Assembly (NCBI RefSeq): GCF_003334815.1
Contig: NZ_QOWO01000006.1
Length of the DNA: 64,000 bases
Direction: 5' to 3' (one strand)
Source: Escherichia coli
Lineage (GTDB): Bacteria > Pseudomonadota > Gammaproteobacteria > Enterobacterales > Enterobacteriaceae
A program made the position numbers and the translations under genes. The notes below the pieces were generated by a model. That model was not told where the DNA came from. It worked only from the letters and a program-made list of their open reading frames with translations, and ran no database searches. Shown piece by piece: positions 44,701 to 55,414 of this stretch (the stretch's first letter is position 1; every line of letters starts with the position of its first letter).

Positions 44701-46741
44701 GGTAACGCTCAACGAACAGGGCGAAGGCTCGGTTACACTGCCGATTGGCGATTTTAACGGTGAATTGCGCGTCATGGCGCAAGCCTGGACGGCAGATGAC
44801 TTCGGTAGCAACGAAAGTAAAGTGATAGTTGCCGCACCGGTGATTGCTGAACTGAACATGCCGCGCTTTATGGCGAGTGGCGATACCTCGCGTCTGACGC
44901 TGGATATCACTAATCTTACCGATAAACCGCAAAAACTGAACGTTGCCCTGACCGCCAGTGGTTTGCTTGAACTGGTCAGCGATTCACCCGCAGCCGTTGA
45001 ATTAGCGCCAGGTGTGCGTACTACGCTGTTTATCCCGGTGCGAGCATTGCCGGGTTATGGCGATGGAGAAATTCAGGCCACCATTAGCGGGTTAGCGTTA
45101 CCGGGTGAAACCGTTGCCGATCAGCATAAGCAGTGGAAAATCGGCGTCCGTCCGGCGTTCCCGGCACAAACGGTTAATTACGGTACGGCGTTACAGCCTG
45201 GTGAGACATGGGCGATTCCGGCGGATGGATTGCAAAACTTCTCGCCTGTTACGCTGGAAGGGCAATTGTTGTTGAGCGGCAAACCACCGCTGAACATCGC
45301 ACGTTATATCAAAGAGTTAAAAGCGTATCCGTACGGCTGTCTTGAGCAAACCGCCAGCGGCCTGTTTCCGTCACTTTATACCAACGCAGCCCAACTGCAG
45401 GCGTTGGGCATCAAAGGCGACAGTGATGAGAAACGCCGTGCATCGGTCGATATCGGCATTTCCCGTTTGCTGCAAATGCAACGTGATAACGGCGGCTTTG
45501 CGCTGTGGGATAAAAACGGTGACGAAGAGTACTGGCTGACGGCTTACGTGATGGATTTCCTGGTCCGCGCAGGCGAACAGGGTTACAGCGTGCCGACAGA
45601 CGCCATTAACCGGGGTAATGAGCGTCTGCTGCGCTATTTACAAGATCCGGGCATGATGTCGATCCCGTACGCGGATAATCTCAAAGCCAGTAAATTCGCC
45701 GTACAGTCTTACGCTGCGCTGGTGTTGGCCCGTCAGCAAAAGGCTCCGCTGGGTGCGCTGCGTGAAATCTGGGAGCATCGTGCAGATGCCGCTTCTGGTT
45801 TACCGCTGCTGCAACTTGGCGTTGCGCTGAAAACCATGGGTGATGCGACGCGTGGTGAAGAAGCGATTGCGCTGGCGCTGAAAACGCCGCGTAATAGTGA
45901 TGAGCGGATATGGCTGGGTGATTACGGTAGTTCACTGCGCGACAACGCGTTAATGCTCTCCTTGCTGGAAGAAAATAAACTGCTACCCGATGAGCAGTAC
46001 ACTTTGCTGAACACACTTTCGCAGCAGGCGTTTGGTGAACGCTGGCTATCGACGCAGGAAAGTAACGCGTTGTTCCTGGCTGCCCGTACGATTCAGGATT
46101 TACCCGGTAAATGGCAGGCGCAAACCTCTTTCTCAGCTGAGCAGCTGACAGGCGAGAAAGCGCAAAACAGCAATCTGAATAGCGATCAACTTGTCACCTT
46201 GCAGGTGAGCAACAGTGGCGATCAGCCGTTATGGTTGCGTATGGATGCCAGCGGTTATCCGCAATCCGCACCTTTACCGGCGAACAATGTGCTGCAAATC
46301 GAGCGTCATATTCTTGGTACTGATGGTAAGAGCAAATCGCTGGACTCGTTACGTAGCGGCGATCTGGTGCTGGTGTGGTTGCAGGTAAAAGCCAGTAACA
46401 GCGTGCCGGATGCGTTAGTCGTGGATCTGCTGCCTGCGGGTCTGGAACTGGAAAACCAGAATCTGGCGAACGGTAGCGCCAGCCTGGAGCAAAGTGGTGG
46501 CGAAGTGCAGAACTTACTGAACCAGATGCAGCAGGCGAGCATTAAGCACATTGAGTTCCGTGACGATCGCTTTGTGGCGGCGGTTGCCGTTGATGAATAC
46601 CAACCGGTAACGCTGGTGTATCTGGCGCGGGCGGTGACGCCGGGAACGTATCAGGTACCGCAACCGATGGTGGAATCAATGTATGTTCCCCAATGGCGGG
46701 CGACCGGCGCGGCTGAAGATCTGCTGATTGTCAGACCGTAA
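41780..46741 (+). CDS. yfhM: alpha-2-macroglobulin-family lipoprotein, 1653 aa
   Basis: Lipobox LALAGC; thioester motif CLEQ (GCLEQTASG) in the C-terminal region; very large periplasmic protein. Confidence 0.95.
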   Translation: MKKLRVAACMLMLALAGCDNNDNAPTAVKKDAPSEVTKAASSENASSAKLSVPERQKLAQQSAGKVLTLLDLSEVQLDGAATLVLTFSIPLDPDQDFSRVIHVVDKKSGKVDGAWELSDNLKELRLRHLEPKRDLIVTIGKEVKALNNATFSKDYEKTITTRDIQPSVGFASRGSLLPGKVVEGLPVMALNVNNVDVNFFRVKPESLPAFISQWEYRNSLANWQSDKLLQMADLVYTGRFDLNPARNTREKLLLPLGDIKPLQQAGVYLAVMNQAGRYDYSNPATLFTLSDIGVSAHRYHNRLDIFTQSLENGAAQQGIEVSLLNEKGQTLTQATSDAQGHVQLENDKNAALLLARKDGQTTLLDLKLPALDLAEFNIAGAPGYSKQFFMFGPRDLYRPGETVILNGLLRDADGKALPNQPIKLDVIKPDGQVLRSVVSQPENGLYHFTWPLDSNAATGMWHIRANTGDNQYRMWDFHVEDFMPERMALNLTGEKTPLTPKDEVKFSVVGYYLYGAPANGNTLQGQLFLRPLREAVSALPGFEFGDIAAENLSRTLDEVQLTLDDKGRGEVSTESQWKETHSPLQVIFQGSLLESGGRPVTRRAEQAIWPADALPGIRPQFASKSVYDYRTDSTVKQPIVDEGSNAAFDIVYSDAQGVKKAVSGLQVRLIRERRDYYWNWSEDEGWQSQFDQKDLIENEQTLDLKADETGKVSFPVEWGAYRLEVKAPNEAVSSVRFWAGYSWQDNSDGSGAVRPDRVTLKLDKASYRPGDTIKLHIAAPTAGKGYAMVESSEGPLWWQEIDVRAQGLDLTIPVDKTWNRHDLYLSTLVVRPGDKSRSATPKRAVGVLHLPLGDENRRLDLALETPAKMRPNQPLTVKIKASTKNGEKPKQVNVLVSAVDSGVLNITDYVTPDPWQAFFGQKRYGADIYDIYGQVIEGQGRLAALRFGGDGDELKRGGKPPVNHVNIVVQQALPVTLNEQGEGSVTLPIGDFNGELRVMAQAWTADDFGSNESKVIVAAPVIAELNMPRFMASGDTSRLTLDITNLTDKPQKLNVALTASGLLELVSDSPAAVELAPGVRTTLFIPVRALPGYGDGEIQATISGLALPGETVADQHKQWKIGVRPAFPAQTVNYGTALQPGETWAIPADGLQNFSPVTLEGQLLLSGKPPLNIARYIKELKAYPYGCLEQTASGLFPSLYTNAAQLQALGIKGDSDEKRRASVDIGISRLLQMQRDNGGFALWDKNGDEEYWLTAYVMDFLVRAGEQGYSVPTDAINRGNERLLRYLQDPGMMSIPYADNLKASKFAVQSYAALVLARQQKAPLGALREIWEHRADAASGLPLLQLGVALKTMGDATRGEEAIALALKTPRNSDERIWLGDYGSSLRDNALMLSLLEENKLLPDEQYTLLNTLSQQAFGERWLSTQESNALFLAARTIQDLPGKWQAQTSFSAEQLTGEKAQNSNLNSDQLVTLQVSNSGDQPLWLRMDASGYPQSAPLPANNVLQIERHILGTDGKSKSLDSLRSGDLVLVWLQVKASNSVPDALVVDLLPAGLELENQNLANGSASLEQSGGEVQNLLNQMQQASIKHIEFRDDRFVAAVAVDEYQPVTLVYLARAVTPGTYQVPQPMVESMYVPQWRATGAAEDLLIVRP

Positions 46742-49054
46742 ATGCCTCGCTTGTTAACCAAACGCGGCTGCTGGATAACGTTGGCAGCCGCGCCCTTTCT
46801 CCTTTTTCTTGCAGCGTGGGGAGCAGATAAACTCTGGCCTCTACCGCTGCATGAAGTCAATCCCGCACGAGTGGTCGTGGCGCAGGATGGTACGCCGCTC
46901 TGGCGCTTCGCCGATGCTGACGGCATCTGGCGTTATCCGGTAACAATCGAAGATGTTTCTCCACGTTACCTTGAAGCGCTGATCAATTATGAAGATCGCT
47001 GGTTCTGGAAGCATCCGGGGGTGAATCCATTCTCGGTGGCGCGCGCAGCATGGCAAGATCTCACTTCGGGACGGGTTATTTCCGGTGGCAGCACGCTCAC
47101 TATGCAGGTTGCTCGTCTGCTTGATCCTCACCCCAAAACATTTGGCGGCAAAATTCGCCAGCTCTGGCGCGCGTTGCAACTGGAATGGCATCTGTCTAAG
47201 CGTGAAATTCTGACCTTGTATCTTAACCGCGCTCCGTTTGGCGGTACGTTGCAGGGGATCGGTGCGGCAAGTTGGGCTTATCTCGGAAAATCGCCTGCGA
47301 ATTTAAGCTATTCCGAGGCGGCAATGCTGGCGGTTTTGCCGCAAGCGCCCAGCCGTCTTCGCCCGGATCGTTGGCCGGAGCGTGCCGAAGCCGCGCGTAA
47401 TAAAGTGCTCGAACGGATGGCCGTGCAAGGTGTGTGGTCCCGTGAGCAGGTAAAAGAGTCAAGGGAAGAACCCATCTGGCTGGCCCCCCGACAAATGCCG
47501 CAACTGGCACCGCTGTTTTCGCGCATGATGCTCGGTAAAAGCAAAAGCGACAAAATCACTACTACGTTGGATGCCGGTCTTCAACGACGTCTGGAAGAAC
47601 TGGCGCAAAACTGGAAAGGGCGGTTGCCACCGCGCAGCTCACTGGCGATGATCGTGGTTGATCATACCGATATGCGTGTTCGCGGCTGGGTGGGATCGGT
47701 TGATCTCAACGATGATTCACGCTTTGGTCATGTTGATATGGTCAATTCGATCCGATCGCCAGGATCAGTGCTCAAACCGTTTGTTTATGGTCTGGCGCTG
47801 GATGAAGGCTTGATCCACCCGGCATCACTGCTGCAAGACGTCCCCCGGCGCACCGGTGATTATCGACCAGGTAACTTTGATAGCGGTTTTCATGGCCCGA
47901 TCAGCATGAGCGAGGCGCTGGTGCGCTCGCTGAACTTACCTGCTGTGCAGGTGCTGGAAGCCTATGGACCGAAACGGTTTGCGGCAAAGTTACGCAATGT
48001 TGGATTGCCGTTATATTTGCCCAACGGTGCTGCGCCGAATCTTTCACTCATTCTCGGCGGCGCTGGTGCAAAACTGGAAGATATGGCGGCAGCGTATACC
48101 GCGTTTGCTCGCCACGGCAAGGCAGGCAAATTGCGCTTACAGCCTGACGATCCGCTGCTTGAACGGCCTTTAATGTCGTCGGGGGCGGCGTGGATCATTC
48201 GCCGGATTATGGCTGATGAAGCGCAACCCTTGCCGGATAGTGCCTTGCCGCGCGTCGCCCCACTGGCATGGAAAACGGGCACCAGCTATGGCTATCGTGA
48301 CGCCTGGGCGATTGGGGTTAACGCTCGCTATGTCATTGGGATCTGGACTGGCAGACCGGACGGCACGCCCGTTGTTGGTCAGTTTGGCTTTGCCAGTGCC
48401 GTACCATTGTTGAATCAGGTCAATAATATCTTACTGTCGCGCAGTGCGAATCTGCCGGAAGACCCGCGCCCGAACTCAGTCACTCGTGGCGTTATCTGCT
48501 GGCCGGGCGGACAGTCTTTGCCGGAAGGTGACGGTAACTGTCGCCGCCGCCTGGCAACCTGGCTGCTGGACGGGAGTCAGCCGCCAACTCTATTACTGCC
48601 GGAGCAGGAAGGCATTAATGGCATTCGTTTCCCCATCTGGCTGGATGAAAATGGCAAACGTGTTGCCGCTGATTGCCCGCAAGCGCGACAAGAAATGATA
48701 AATGTCTGGCCGCTACCGCTGGAACCCTGGCTGACCGCATCAGAACGTCGCGCTGTGCGCTTACCACCGGCCTCGACAAGTTGCCCGCCATACGGTCACG
48801 ATGCCCAGCTCCCGCTGCAGCTGACAGGCGTTCGCGATGGCGCGATTATTAAACGTTTACCGGGCGCAGCGGAAGCGACTTTGCCGTTGCAATCAAGTGG
48901 AGGGGCAGGTGAACGCTGGTGGTTTCTGAATGGCGAACCGTTAACTGAACGCGGGCGCAACGTGACCCTGCATTTGACGGATAAAGGTGATTATCAATTG
49001 CTGGTGATGGATGACGTGGGGCAAATCGCGACAGTGAAATTTGTCATGCAATAG
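46742..49054 (+). CDS. pbpC: penicillin-binding protein 1C (transglycosylase/transpeptidase), 770 aa
   Basis: ATG immediately follows yfhM TAA; glycosyltransferase family-51 motifs (EDRWFWKHPG, RLLDPHP) and transpeptidase SxxK-type motifs. Confidence 0.95.
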   Translation: MPRLLTKRGCWITLAAAPFLLFLAAWGADKLWPLPLHEVNPARVVVAQDGTPLWRFADADGIWRYPVTIEDVSPRYLEALINYEDRWFWKHPGVNPFSVARAAWQDLTSGRVISGGSTLTMQVARLLDPHPKTFGGKIRQLWRALQLEWHLSKREILTLYLNRAPFGGTLQGIGAASWAYLGKSPANLSYSEAAMLAVLPQAPSRLRPDRWPERAEAARNKVLERMAVQGVWSREQVKESREEPIWLAPRQMPQLAPLFSRMMLGKSKSDKITTTLDAGLQRRLEELAQNWKGRLPPRSSLAMIVVDHTDMRVRGWVGSVDLNDDSRFGHVDMVNSIRSPGSVLKPFVYGLALDEGLIHPASLLQDVPRRTGDYRPGNFDSGFHGPISMSEALVRSLNLPAVQVLEAYGPKRFAAKLRNVGLPLYLPNGAAPNLSLILGGAGAKLEDMAAAYTAFARHGKAGKLRLQPDDPLLERPLMSSGAAWIIRRIMADEAQPLPDSALPRVAPLAWKTGTSYGYRDAWAIGVNARYVIGIWTGRPDGTPVVGQFGFASAVPLLNQVNNILLSRSANLPEDPRPNSVTRGVICWPGGQSLPEGDGNCRRRLATWLLDGSQPPTLLLPEQEGINGIRFPIWLDENGKRVAADCPQARQEMINVWPLPLEPWLTASERRAVRLPPASTSCPPYGHDAQLPLQLTGVRDGAIIKRLPGAAEATLPLQSSGGAGERWWFLNGEPLTERGRNVTLHLTDKGDYQLLVMDDVGQIATVKFVMQ

Positions 49055-49202
49055 TCTGTTTTGTCCCTGATTGTTGCTAAAACTCATTTTATTTTAAAAA
49101 AATGTTACCTTCATCAATAGTCAACGGCCCTGTTGCTCATTATAATCCGCGCCATCTCGTACGCTGGTACAGACAACAACAGAACAATTTACAGAGGTAA
49201 AA

Positions 49203-49634
49203 ATGGCTATTGAACGTACTTTTTCCATCATCAAACCGAACGCGGTAGCAAAAAACGTCATTGGTAATATCTTTGCGCGCTTTGAAGCTGCAGGGTTCAA
49301 AATTGTTGGCACCAAAATGCTGCACCTGACCGTTGAACAGGCACGTGGCTTTTATGCTGAACACGATGGAAAACCGTTCTTTGATGGTCTGGTTGAATTC
49401 ATGACCTCTGGCCCGATCGTGGTTTCCGTGCTGGAAGGTGAAAACGCCGTTCAGCGTCACCGCGATCTGCTGGGCGCGACCAATCCGGCAAACGCACTGG
49501 CTGGTACTCTGCGCGCTGATTACGCTGACAGCCTGACCGAAAACGGTACCCACGGTTCTGATTCCGTCGAATCTGCCGCTCGCGAAATCGCTTATTTCTT
49601 TGGCGAAGGCGAAGTGTGCCCGCGCACCCGTTAA
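49203..49634 (+). CDS. ndk: nucleoside diphosphate kinase, 143 aa
   Basis: NDK signature NGTHGSDS with active-site His. Confidence 0.97.
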
Positions 49635-49694
49635 TAATTTCGTAAATGCCGCGTGCAAACGTGGCATCCGTGCGCCAGAATTTGTACAATGCAG

Positions 49695-49736
49695 CGCCCC
49701 CGGACGAGCAGCCGCTCACCGGGGCGTTTCTTTTTT
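49695..49736 (+). terminator. Rho-independent terminator downstream of ndk
   Basis: CCCCGG ... CCGGGG stem followed by CGTTTCTTTTTTC. Confidence 0.65.
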
Positions 49737-49783
49737 CAACCCTCCAGGGGCCATAACGTGTAATAACGAGGCCGGAATAGCAT

Positions 49784-50938
49784 ATGTCTGAACAATTAGT
49801 CACACCTGAAAACGTCACCACGAAAGATGGAAAAATCAACCTGCTGGATCTCAACCGTCAGCAGATGCGGGAGTTTTTTAAAGATTTAGGTGAAAAACCC
49901 TTCCGCGCCGATCAGGTGATGAAGTGGATGTATCACTATTGCTGCGACAACTTTGATGAGATGACCGACATCAACAAAGTGTTGCGCGGCAAACTGAAAG
50001 AGGTGGCGGAAATCCGCGCACCGGAAGTGGTTGAAGAACAGCGTTCATCTGACGGCACCATTAAATGGGCGATCGCCGTTGGCGATCAGCGCGTCGAAAC
50101 GGTGTATATCCCGGAAGACGACCGTGCCACGCTCTGCGTCTCTTCGCAGGTGGGGTGTGCGCTGGAGTGTAAATTCTGTTCCACCGCCCAGCAGGGCTTT
50201 AACCGCAACCTGCGGGTGTCGGAAATTATCGGCCAGGTGTGGCGTGCGGCGAAAATCGTCGGCGCAGCAAAAGTCACCGGTCAGCGTCCGATCACTAACG
50301 TAGTGATGATGGGCATGGGCGAGCCGCTGCTCAACCTGAACAACGTCGTTCCGGCGATGGAAATCATGCTTGATGATTTCGGTTTTGGCCTGTCTAAACG
50401 TCGCGTCACGCTTTCCACTTCCGGTGTAGTTCCGGCGCTGGATAAACTGGGCGATATGATCGACGTTGCACTGGCAATTTCCCTGCACGCGCCGAACGAC
50501 GAAATTCGTGACGAAATTGTGCCGATCAACAAAAAGTACAATATCGAAACGTTCCTTGCTGCGGTGCGCCGTTATCTGGAGAAATCCAACGCCAATCAGG
50601 GCCGAGTCACTATTGAATACGTGATGCTTGACCACGTTAACGACGGCACTGAACACGCGCACCAACTGGCGGAACTGCTGAAAGATACGCCGTGTAAGAT
50701 CAACCTGATCCCGTGGAACCCGTTCCCGGGTGCGCCGTATGGACGCAGCTCGAACAGCCGTATCGACCGTTTCTCAAAAGTGCTGATGAGCTACGGTTTC
50801 ACCACTATTGTGCGTAAAACTCGTGGTGATGATATCGATGCTGCCTGTGGTCAGTTGGCGGGCGATGTTATCGACCGTACGAAACGTACCCTGCGTAAAC
50901 GGATGCAGGGTGAAGCCATCGACATTAAAGCGGTCTGA
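49784..50938 (+). CDS. rlmN: radical-SAM 23S rRNA/tRNA adenine-C2 methyltransferase RlmN, 384 aa
   Basis: Radical SAM CxxxCxxC ([14 protein letters not shown]) and downstream conserved motifs. Confidence 0.95.
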
Positions 50939-50942
50939 TAGC

Positions 50943-50984
50943 CATTACGCCACGGTTACTTTATGTACCGTGGCGTAATGTTTT
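50943..50984 (+). terminator. Rho-independent terminator downstream of rlmN
   Basis: Perfect 13-bp stem CATTACGCCACGG / CCGTGGCGTAATG with 12-nt loop, followed by TTTT. Confidence 0.7.
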
Positions 50985-51222
50985 ATGAATGAAGTATTAA
51001 GTTGCAATTGTCTGGTCAATATTAACGGTGCGTTTTTGCTGACTTTAAGGCAGTATGTAACGATGCAACAGTAAGTTAGCCTTAGTGAATGTGGGCTTTG
51101 TCACGAGCACACAGACGGTCTTATACTGTATGATAACGGTTAACTTAACGGATGTTTCGCGGTGTGGGTGAGCATGATGGTTCACCGGCATCTCAATTCT
51201 CATTTAAACGTACCTGCAGCGA

Positions 51223-52236
51223 ATGAATACTGAAGCCACGCACGACCAAAATGAAGCACTTACTACCGGCGCTCGCCTGCGTAATGCTCGCGAACAACTA
51301 GGACTTAGTCAGCAGGCCGTTGCCGAGCGACTTTGCCTGAAGGTTTCCACGGTACGCGACATTGAAGAAGATAAGGCACCCGCCGATCTTGCTTCAACAT
51401 TCCTGCGCGGATATATCCGCTCTTATGCGCGTCTGGTACATATTCCAGAAGAAGAACTGCTGCCAGGGCTGGAAAAGCAGGCTCCACTTCGGGCTGCAAA
51501 AGTTGCGCCGATGCAGAGTTTTTCCCTCGGTAAACGCCGCAAAAAACGCGACGGCTGGCTGATGACCTTCACTTGGCTGGTGTTGTTTGTGGTTATCGGC
51601 CTGAGCGGTGCCTGGTGGTGGCAAGACCACAAAGCTCAGCAGGAAGAGATCACCACTATGGCCGATCAATCTTCGGCGGAACTGAGCAGTAATAGCGAGC
51701 AGGGGCAGAGTGTTCCATTAAATACGTCGACAACTACAGACCCGGCTACAACGTCCACGCCGCCAGCGTCTGTGGATACTACCGCAACCAACACGCAAAC
51801 ACCTGCCGTAACTGCGCCAGCACCAGCTGTTGATCCGCAACAGAATGCGGTTGTTTCGCCTTCGCAGGCAAATGTTGATACCGCCGCGACCCCGGCACCA
51901 ACGGCAGCAACAACGCCAGATGGTGCTGCGCCGTTGCCAACCGATCAGGCTGGCGTGACCACGCCGGTGGCTGATCCGAATGCGCTGGTGATGAACTTTA
52001 CTGCCGATTGCTGGCTGGAGGTCACTGATGCTACCGGTAAAAAATTGTTTAGCGGTATGCAGCGTAAAGACGGTAATTTGAACTTAACCGGCCAGGCACC
52101 GTACAAACTGAAAATTGGTGCGCCAGCCGCAGTACAGATCCAGTATCAAGGGAAACCTGTCGATCTGAGTCGTTTTATCAGAACTAACCAGGTTGCGCGT
52201 CTGACCCTCAATGCCGAACAATCACCGGCGCAGTAA
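51223..52236 (+). CDS. rodZ: cytoskeleton/cell-shape protein RodZ, 337 aa
   Basis: N-terminal HTH (Xre-like), single TM, Pro/Thr/Ala-rich periplasmic linker. Confidence 0.93.
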   Translation: MNTEATHDQNEALTTGARLRNAREQLGLSQQAVAERLCLKVSTVRDIEEDKAPADLASTFLRGYIRSYARLVHIPEEELLPGLEKQAPLRAAKVAPMQSFSLGKRRKKRDGWLMTFTWLVLFVVIGLSGAWWWQDHKAQQEEITTMADQSSAELSSNSEQGQSVPLNTSTTTDPATTSTPPASVDTTATNTQTPAVTAPAPAVDPQQNAVVSPSQANVDTAATPAPTAATTPDGAAPLPTDQAGVTTPVADPNALVMNFTADCWLEVTDATGKKLFSGMQRKDGNLNLTGQAPYKLKIGAPAAVQIQYQGKPVDLSRFIRTNQVARLTLNAEQSPAQ

Positions 52237-52262
52237 CAGACGGGTAACGCGGGAGATTTTTC

Positions 52263-53381
52263 ATGCATAACCAGGCTCCAATTCAACGTAGAAAATCAAC
52301 ACGTATTTACGTTGGGAATGTGCCGATTGGCGATGGTGCTCCCATCGCCGTACAGTCCATGACCAATACGCGTACGACAGACGTCGAAGCAACGGTCAAT
52401 CAAATCAAGGCGCTGGAACGCGTTGGCGCTGATATCGTCCGTGTATCCGTACCGACGATGGACGCGGCAGAAGCGTTCAAACTCATCAAACAGCAGGTTA
52501 ACGTGCCGCTGGTGGCTGACATCCACTTCGACTATCGCATTGCGCTGAAAGTAGCGGAATACGGCGTCGATTGTCTGCGTATTAACCCTGGCAATATCGG
52601 TAATGAAGAGCGTATTCGCATGGTGGTTGACTGTGCGCGCGATAAAAACATTCCGATCCGTATTGGCGTTAACGCCGGATCGCTGGAAAAAGATCTGCAA
52701 GAAAAGTATGGCGAACCGACGCCGCAGGCGTTGCTGGAATCTGCCATGCGTCATGTTGATCATCTCGATCGCCTGAACTTCGATCAGTTCAAAGTCAGCG
52801 TGAAAGCGTCTGACGTCTTCCTCGCTGTTGAGTCTTATCGTTTGCTGGCAAAACAGATCGATCAGCCGTTGCATCTGGGGATCACCGAAGCCGGTGGTGC
52901 GCGCAGCGGGGCAGTAAAATCCGCCATTGGTTTAGGTCTGCTGCTGTCTGAAGGCATCGGCGACACGCTGCGCGTATCGCTGGCGGCCGATCCGGTCGAA
53001 GAGATCAAAGTCGGTTTCGATATTTTGAAATCGCTGCGTATCCGTTCGCGAGGGATCAACTTCATCGCCTGCCCGACCTGTTCGCGTCAGGAATTTGATG
53101 TTATCGGTACGGTTAACGCGCTGGAGCAACGCCTGGAAGATATCATCACTCCGATGGACGTTTCGATTATCGGCTGCGTGGTGAATGGCCCAGGTGAGGC
53201 GCTGGTTTCTACACTCGGCGTCACCGGCGGCAACAAGAAAAGCGGCCTCTATGAAGATGGCGTGCGCAAAGACCGTCTGGACAACAACGATATGATCGAC
53301 CAGCTGGAAGCACGCATTCGTGCGAAAGCCAGTCAGCTGGACGAAGCGCGTCGAATTGACGTTCAGCAGGTTGAAAAATAA
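52263..53381 (+). CDS. ispG: 4-hydroxy-3-methylbut-2-en-1-yl diphosphate synthase (IspG/GcpE), 372 aa
   Basis: C-terminal [4Fe-4S] Cys ligands (CPTCSR...GCVVNGPGE). Confidence 0.96.
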
Positions 53382-53491
53382 TAACGTGATGGGAAGCGCC
53401 TCGCTTCCCGTGTATGATTGAACCCGCATGGCTCCCGAAACATTGAGGGAAGCGTTGAGGGTTCATTTTTATATTCAGAAAGAGAATAAAC

Positions 53492-54766
53492 GTGGCAAAA
53501 AACATTCAAGCCATTCGCGGCATGAACGATTACCTGCCTGGCGAAACGGCCATCTGGCAGCGCATTGAAGGCACACTGAAAAACGTGCTCGGCAGCTACG
53601 GTTACAGTGAAATCCGCTTGCCGATTGTAGAGCAGACCCCGCTATTCAAACGTGCGATTGGTGAAGTCACCGACGTGGTTGAAAAAGAGATGTACACCTT
53701 TGAGGATCGCAATGGCGACAGCCTGACTCTGCGCCCTGAAGGGACGGCGGGCTGTGTACGCGCCGGCATCGAGCATGGTCTTCTGTACAATCAGGAACAG
53801 CGTCTGTGGTATATCGGGCCGATGTTCCGTCACGAGCGTCCGCAGAAAGGGCGTTATCGTCAGTTCCATCAGTTGGGCTGCGAAGTTTTCGGTCTGCAAG
53901 GTCCGGATATCGACGCTGAACTGATTATGCTCACTGCCCGCTGGTGGCGCGCGCTGGGTATTTCCGAGCACGTAACTCTTGAGCTGAACTCTATCGGTTC
54001 GCTGGAAGCACGCGCCAATTACCGCGATGCGCTGGTGGCATTCCTTGAGCAGCATAAAGAAAAGCTGGACGAAGACTGCAAACGCCGCATGTACACTAAC
54101 CCGCTGCGCGTGCTGGATTCAAAAAATCCGGAAGTGCAGGCGCTTCTCAACGACGCTCCGGCATTAGGTGACTATCTGGACGAGGAATCTCGTGAGCATT
54201 TTGCCGGTCTGTGCAAACTGCTGGAGAGCGCGGGGATCGCTTACACCGTAAACCAGCGTCTGGTGCGTGGTCTGGATTACTACAACCGTACCGTTTTCGA
54301 GTGGGTGACTAACAGTCTCGGCTCCCAGGGCACCGTGTGTGCAGGCGGTCGTTATGACGGTCTTGTGGAACAACTGGGCGGTCGTGCAACACCGGCTGTC
54401 GGTTTTGCGATGGGCCTCGAACGTCTTGTATTGTTAGTACAGGCCGTTAATCCGGAATTTAAAGCCGATCCTGTTGTCGATATATACCTGGTGGCTTCAG
54501 GTGCTGATACACAATCTGCGGCTATGGCATTAGCTGAGCGTCTGCGTGATGAATTACCGGGCGTGAAATTGATGACCAACCACGGCGGCGGCAACTTTAA
54601 GAAACAGTTTGCCCGTGCTGATAAATGGGGTGCCCGCGTTGCTGTGGTGCTGGGTGAGTCTGAAGTGGCTAACGGCACAGCAGTAGTGAAGGATTTGCGC
54701 TCTGGTGAGCAAACGGCAGTTGCGCAGGATAGCGTAGCCGCGCATTTGCGCACGTTACTGGGTTAA
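53492..54766 (+). CDS. hisS: histidine--tRNA ligase, 424 aa
   Basis: Class II aaRS motifs ([17 protein letters not shown]; GGRYDGL). Confidence 0.97.
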
Positions 54767-54783
54767 GGAAGGAGAAGGACAGC

Positions 54784-55404
54784 GTGGAAATTTACGAGAA
54801 CGAAAACGACCAGGTAGAAGCGGTTAAACGCTTTTTTGCTGAAAATGGCAAAGCACTGGCTGTTGGGGTGATTTTGGGCGTTGGCGCACTGATTGGCTGG
54901 CGCTACTGGAACAGCCATCAGGTTGATTCTGCACGCTCCGCTTCTCTTGCCTATCAAAATGCGGTTACCGCAGTGAGCGAAGGCAAACCGGATAGCATCC
55001 CGGCGGCGGAAAAATTTGCTGCTGAAAATAAAAATACTTATGGTGCGCTGGCTTCTTTGGAACTTGCGCAGCAATTTGTTGACAAAAATGAACTAGAGAA
55101 AGCTGCCGCCCAGTTACAACAGGGGCTGGCAGACACGAGCGATGAAAATCTCAAAGCCGTGATAAATCTGCGTCTTGCTCGCGTTCAGGTACAGCTCAAG
55201 CAGGCTGATGCCGCGCTGAAAACCCTTGATACCATCAAAGGTGAAGGGTGGGCTGCCATTGTTGCCGACCTGCGTGGTGAAGCATTGCTGAGCAAAGGTG
55301 ATAAGCAAGGTGCGCGTAGTGCATGGGAAGCAGGCGTGAAAAGCGATGTTACTCCGGCACTGAGCGAAATGATGCAGATGAAAATTAATAATTTGTCCAT
55401 CTGA
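54784..55404 (+). CDS. yfgM: membrane-anchored TPR-like protein YfgM (ancillary SecYEG-associated), 206 aa
   Basis: N-terminal TM anchor followed by TPR-like helical domain. Confidence 0.9.
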   Translation: MEIYENENDQVEAVKRFFAENGKALAVGVILGVGALIGWRYWNSHQVDSARSASLAYQNAVTAVSEGKPDSIPAAEKFAAENKNTYGALASLELAQQFVDKNELEKAAAQLQQGLADTSDENLKAVINLRLARVQVQLKQADAALKTLDTIKGEGWAAIVADLRGEALLSKGDKQGARSAWEAGVKSDVTPALSEMMQMKINNLSI

Positions 55405-55414
55405 GAGGGACCCG

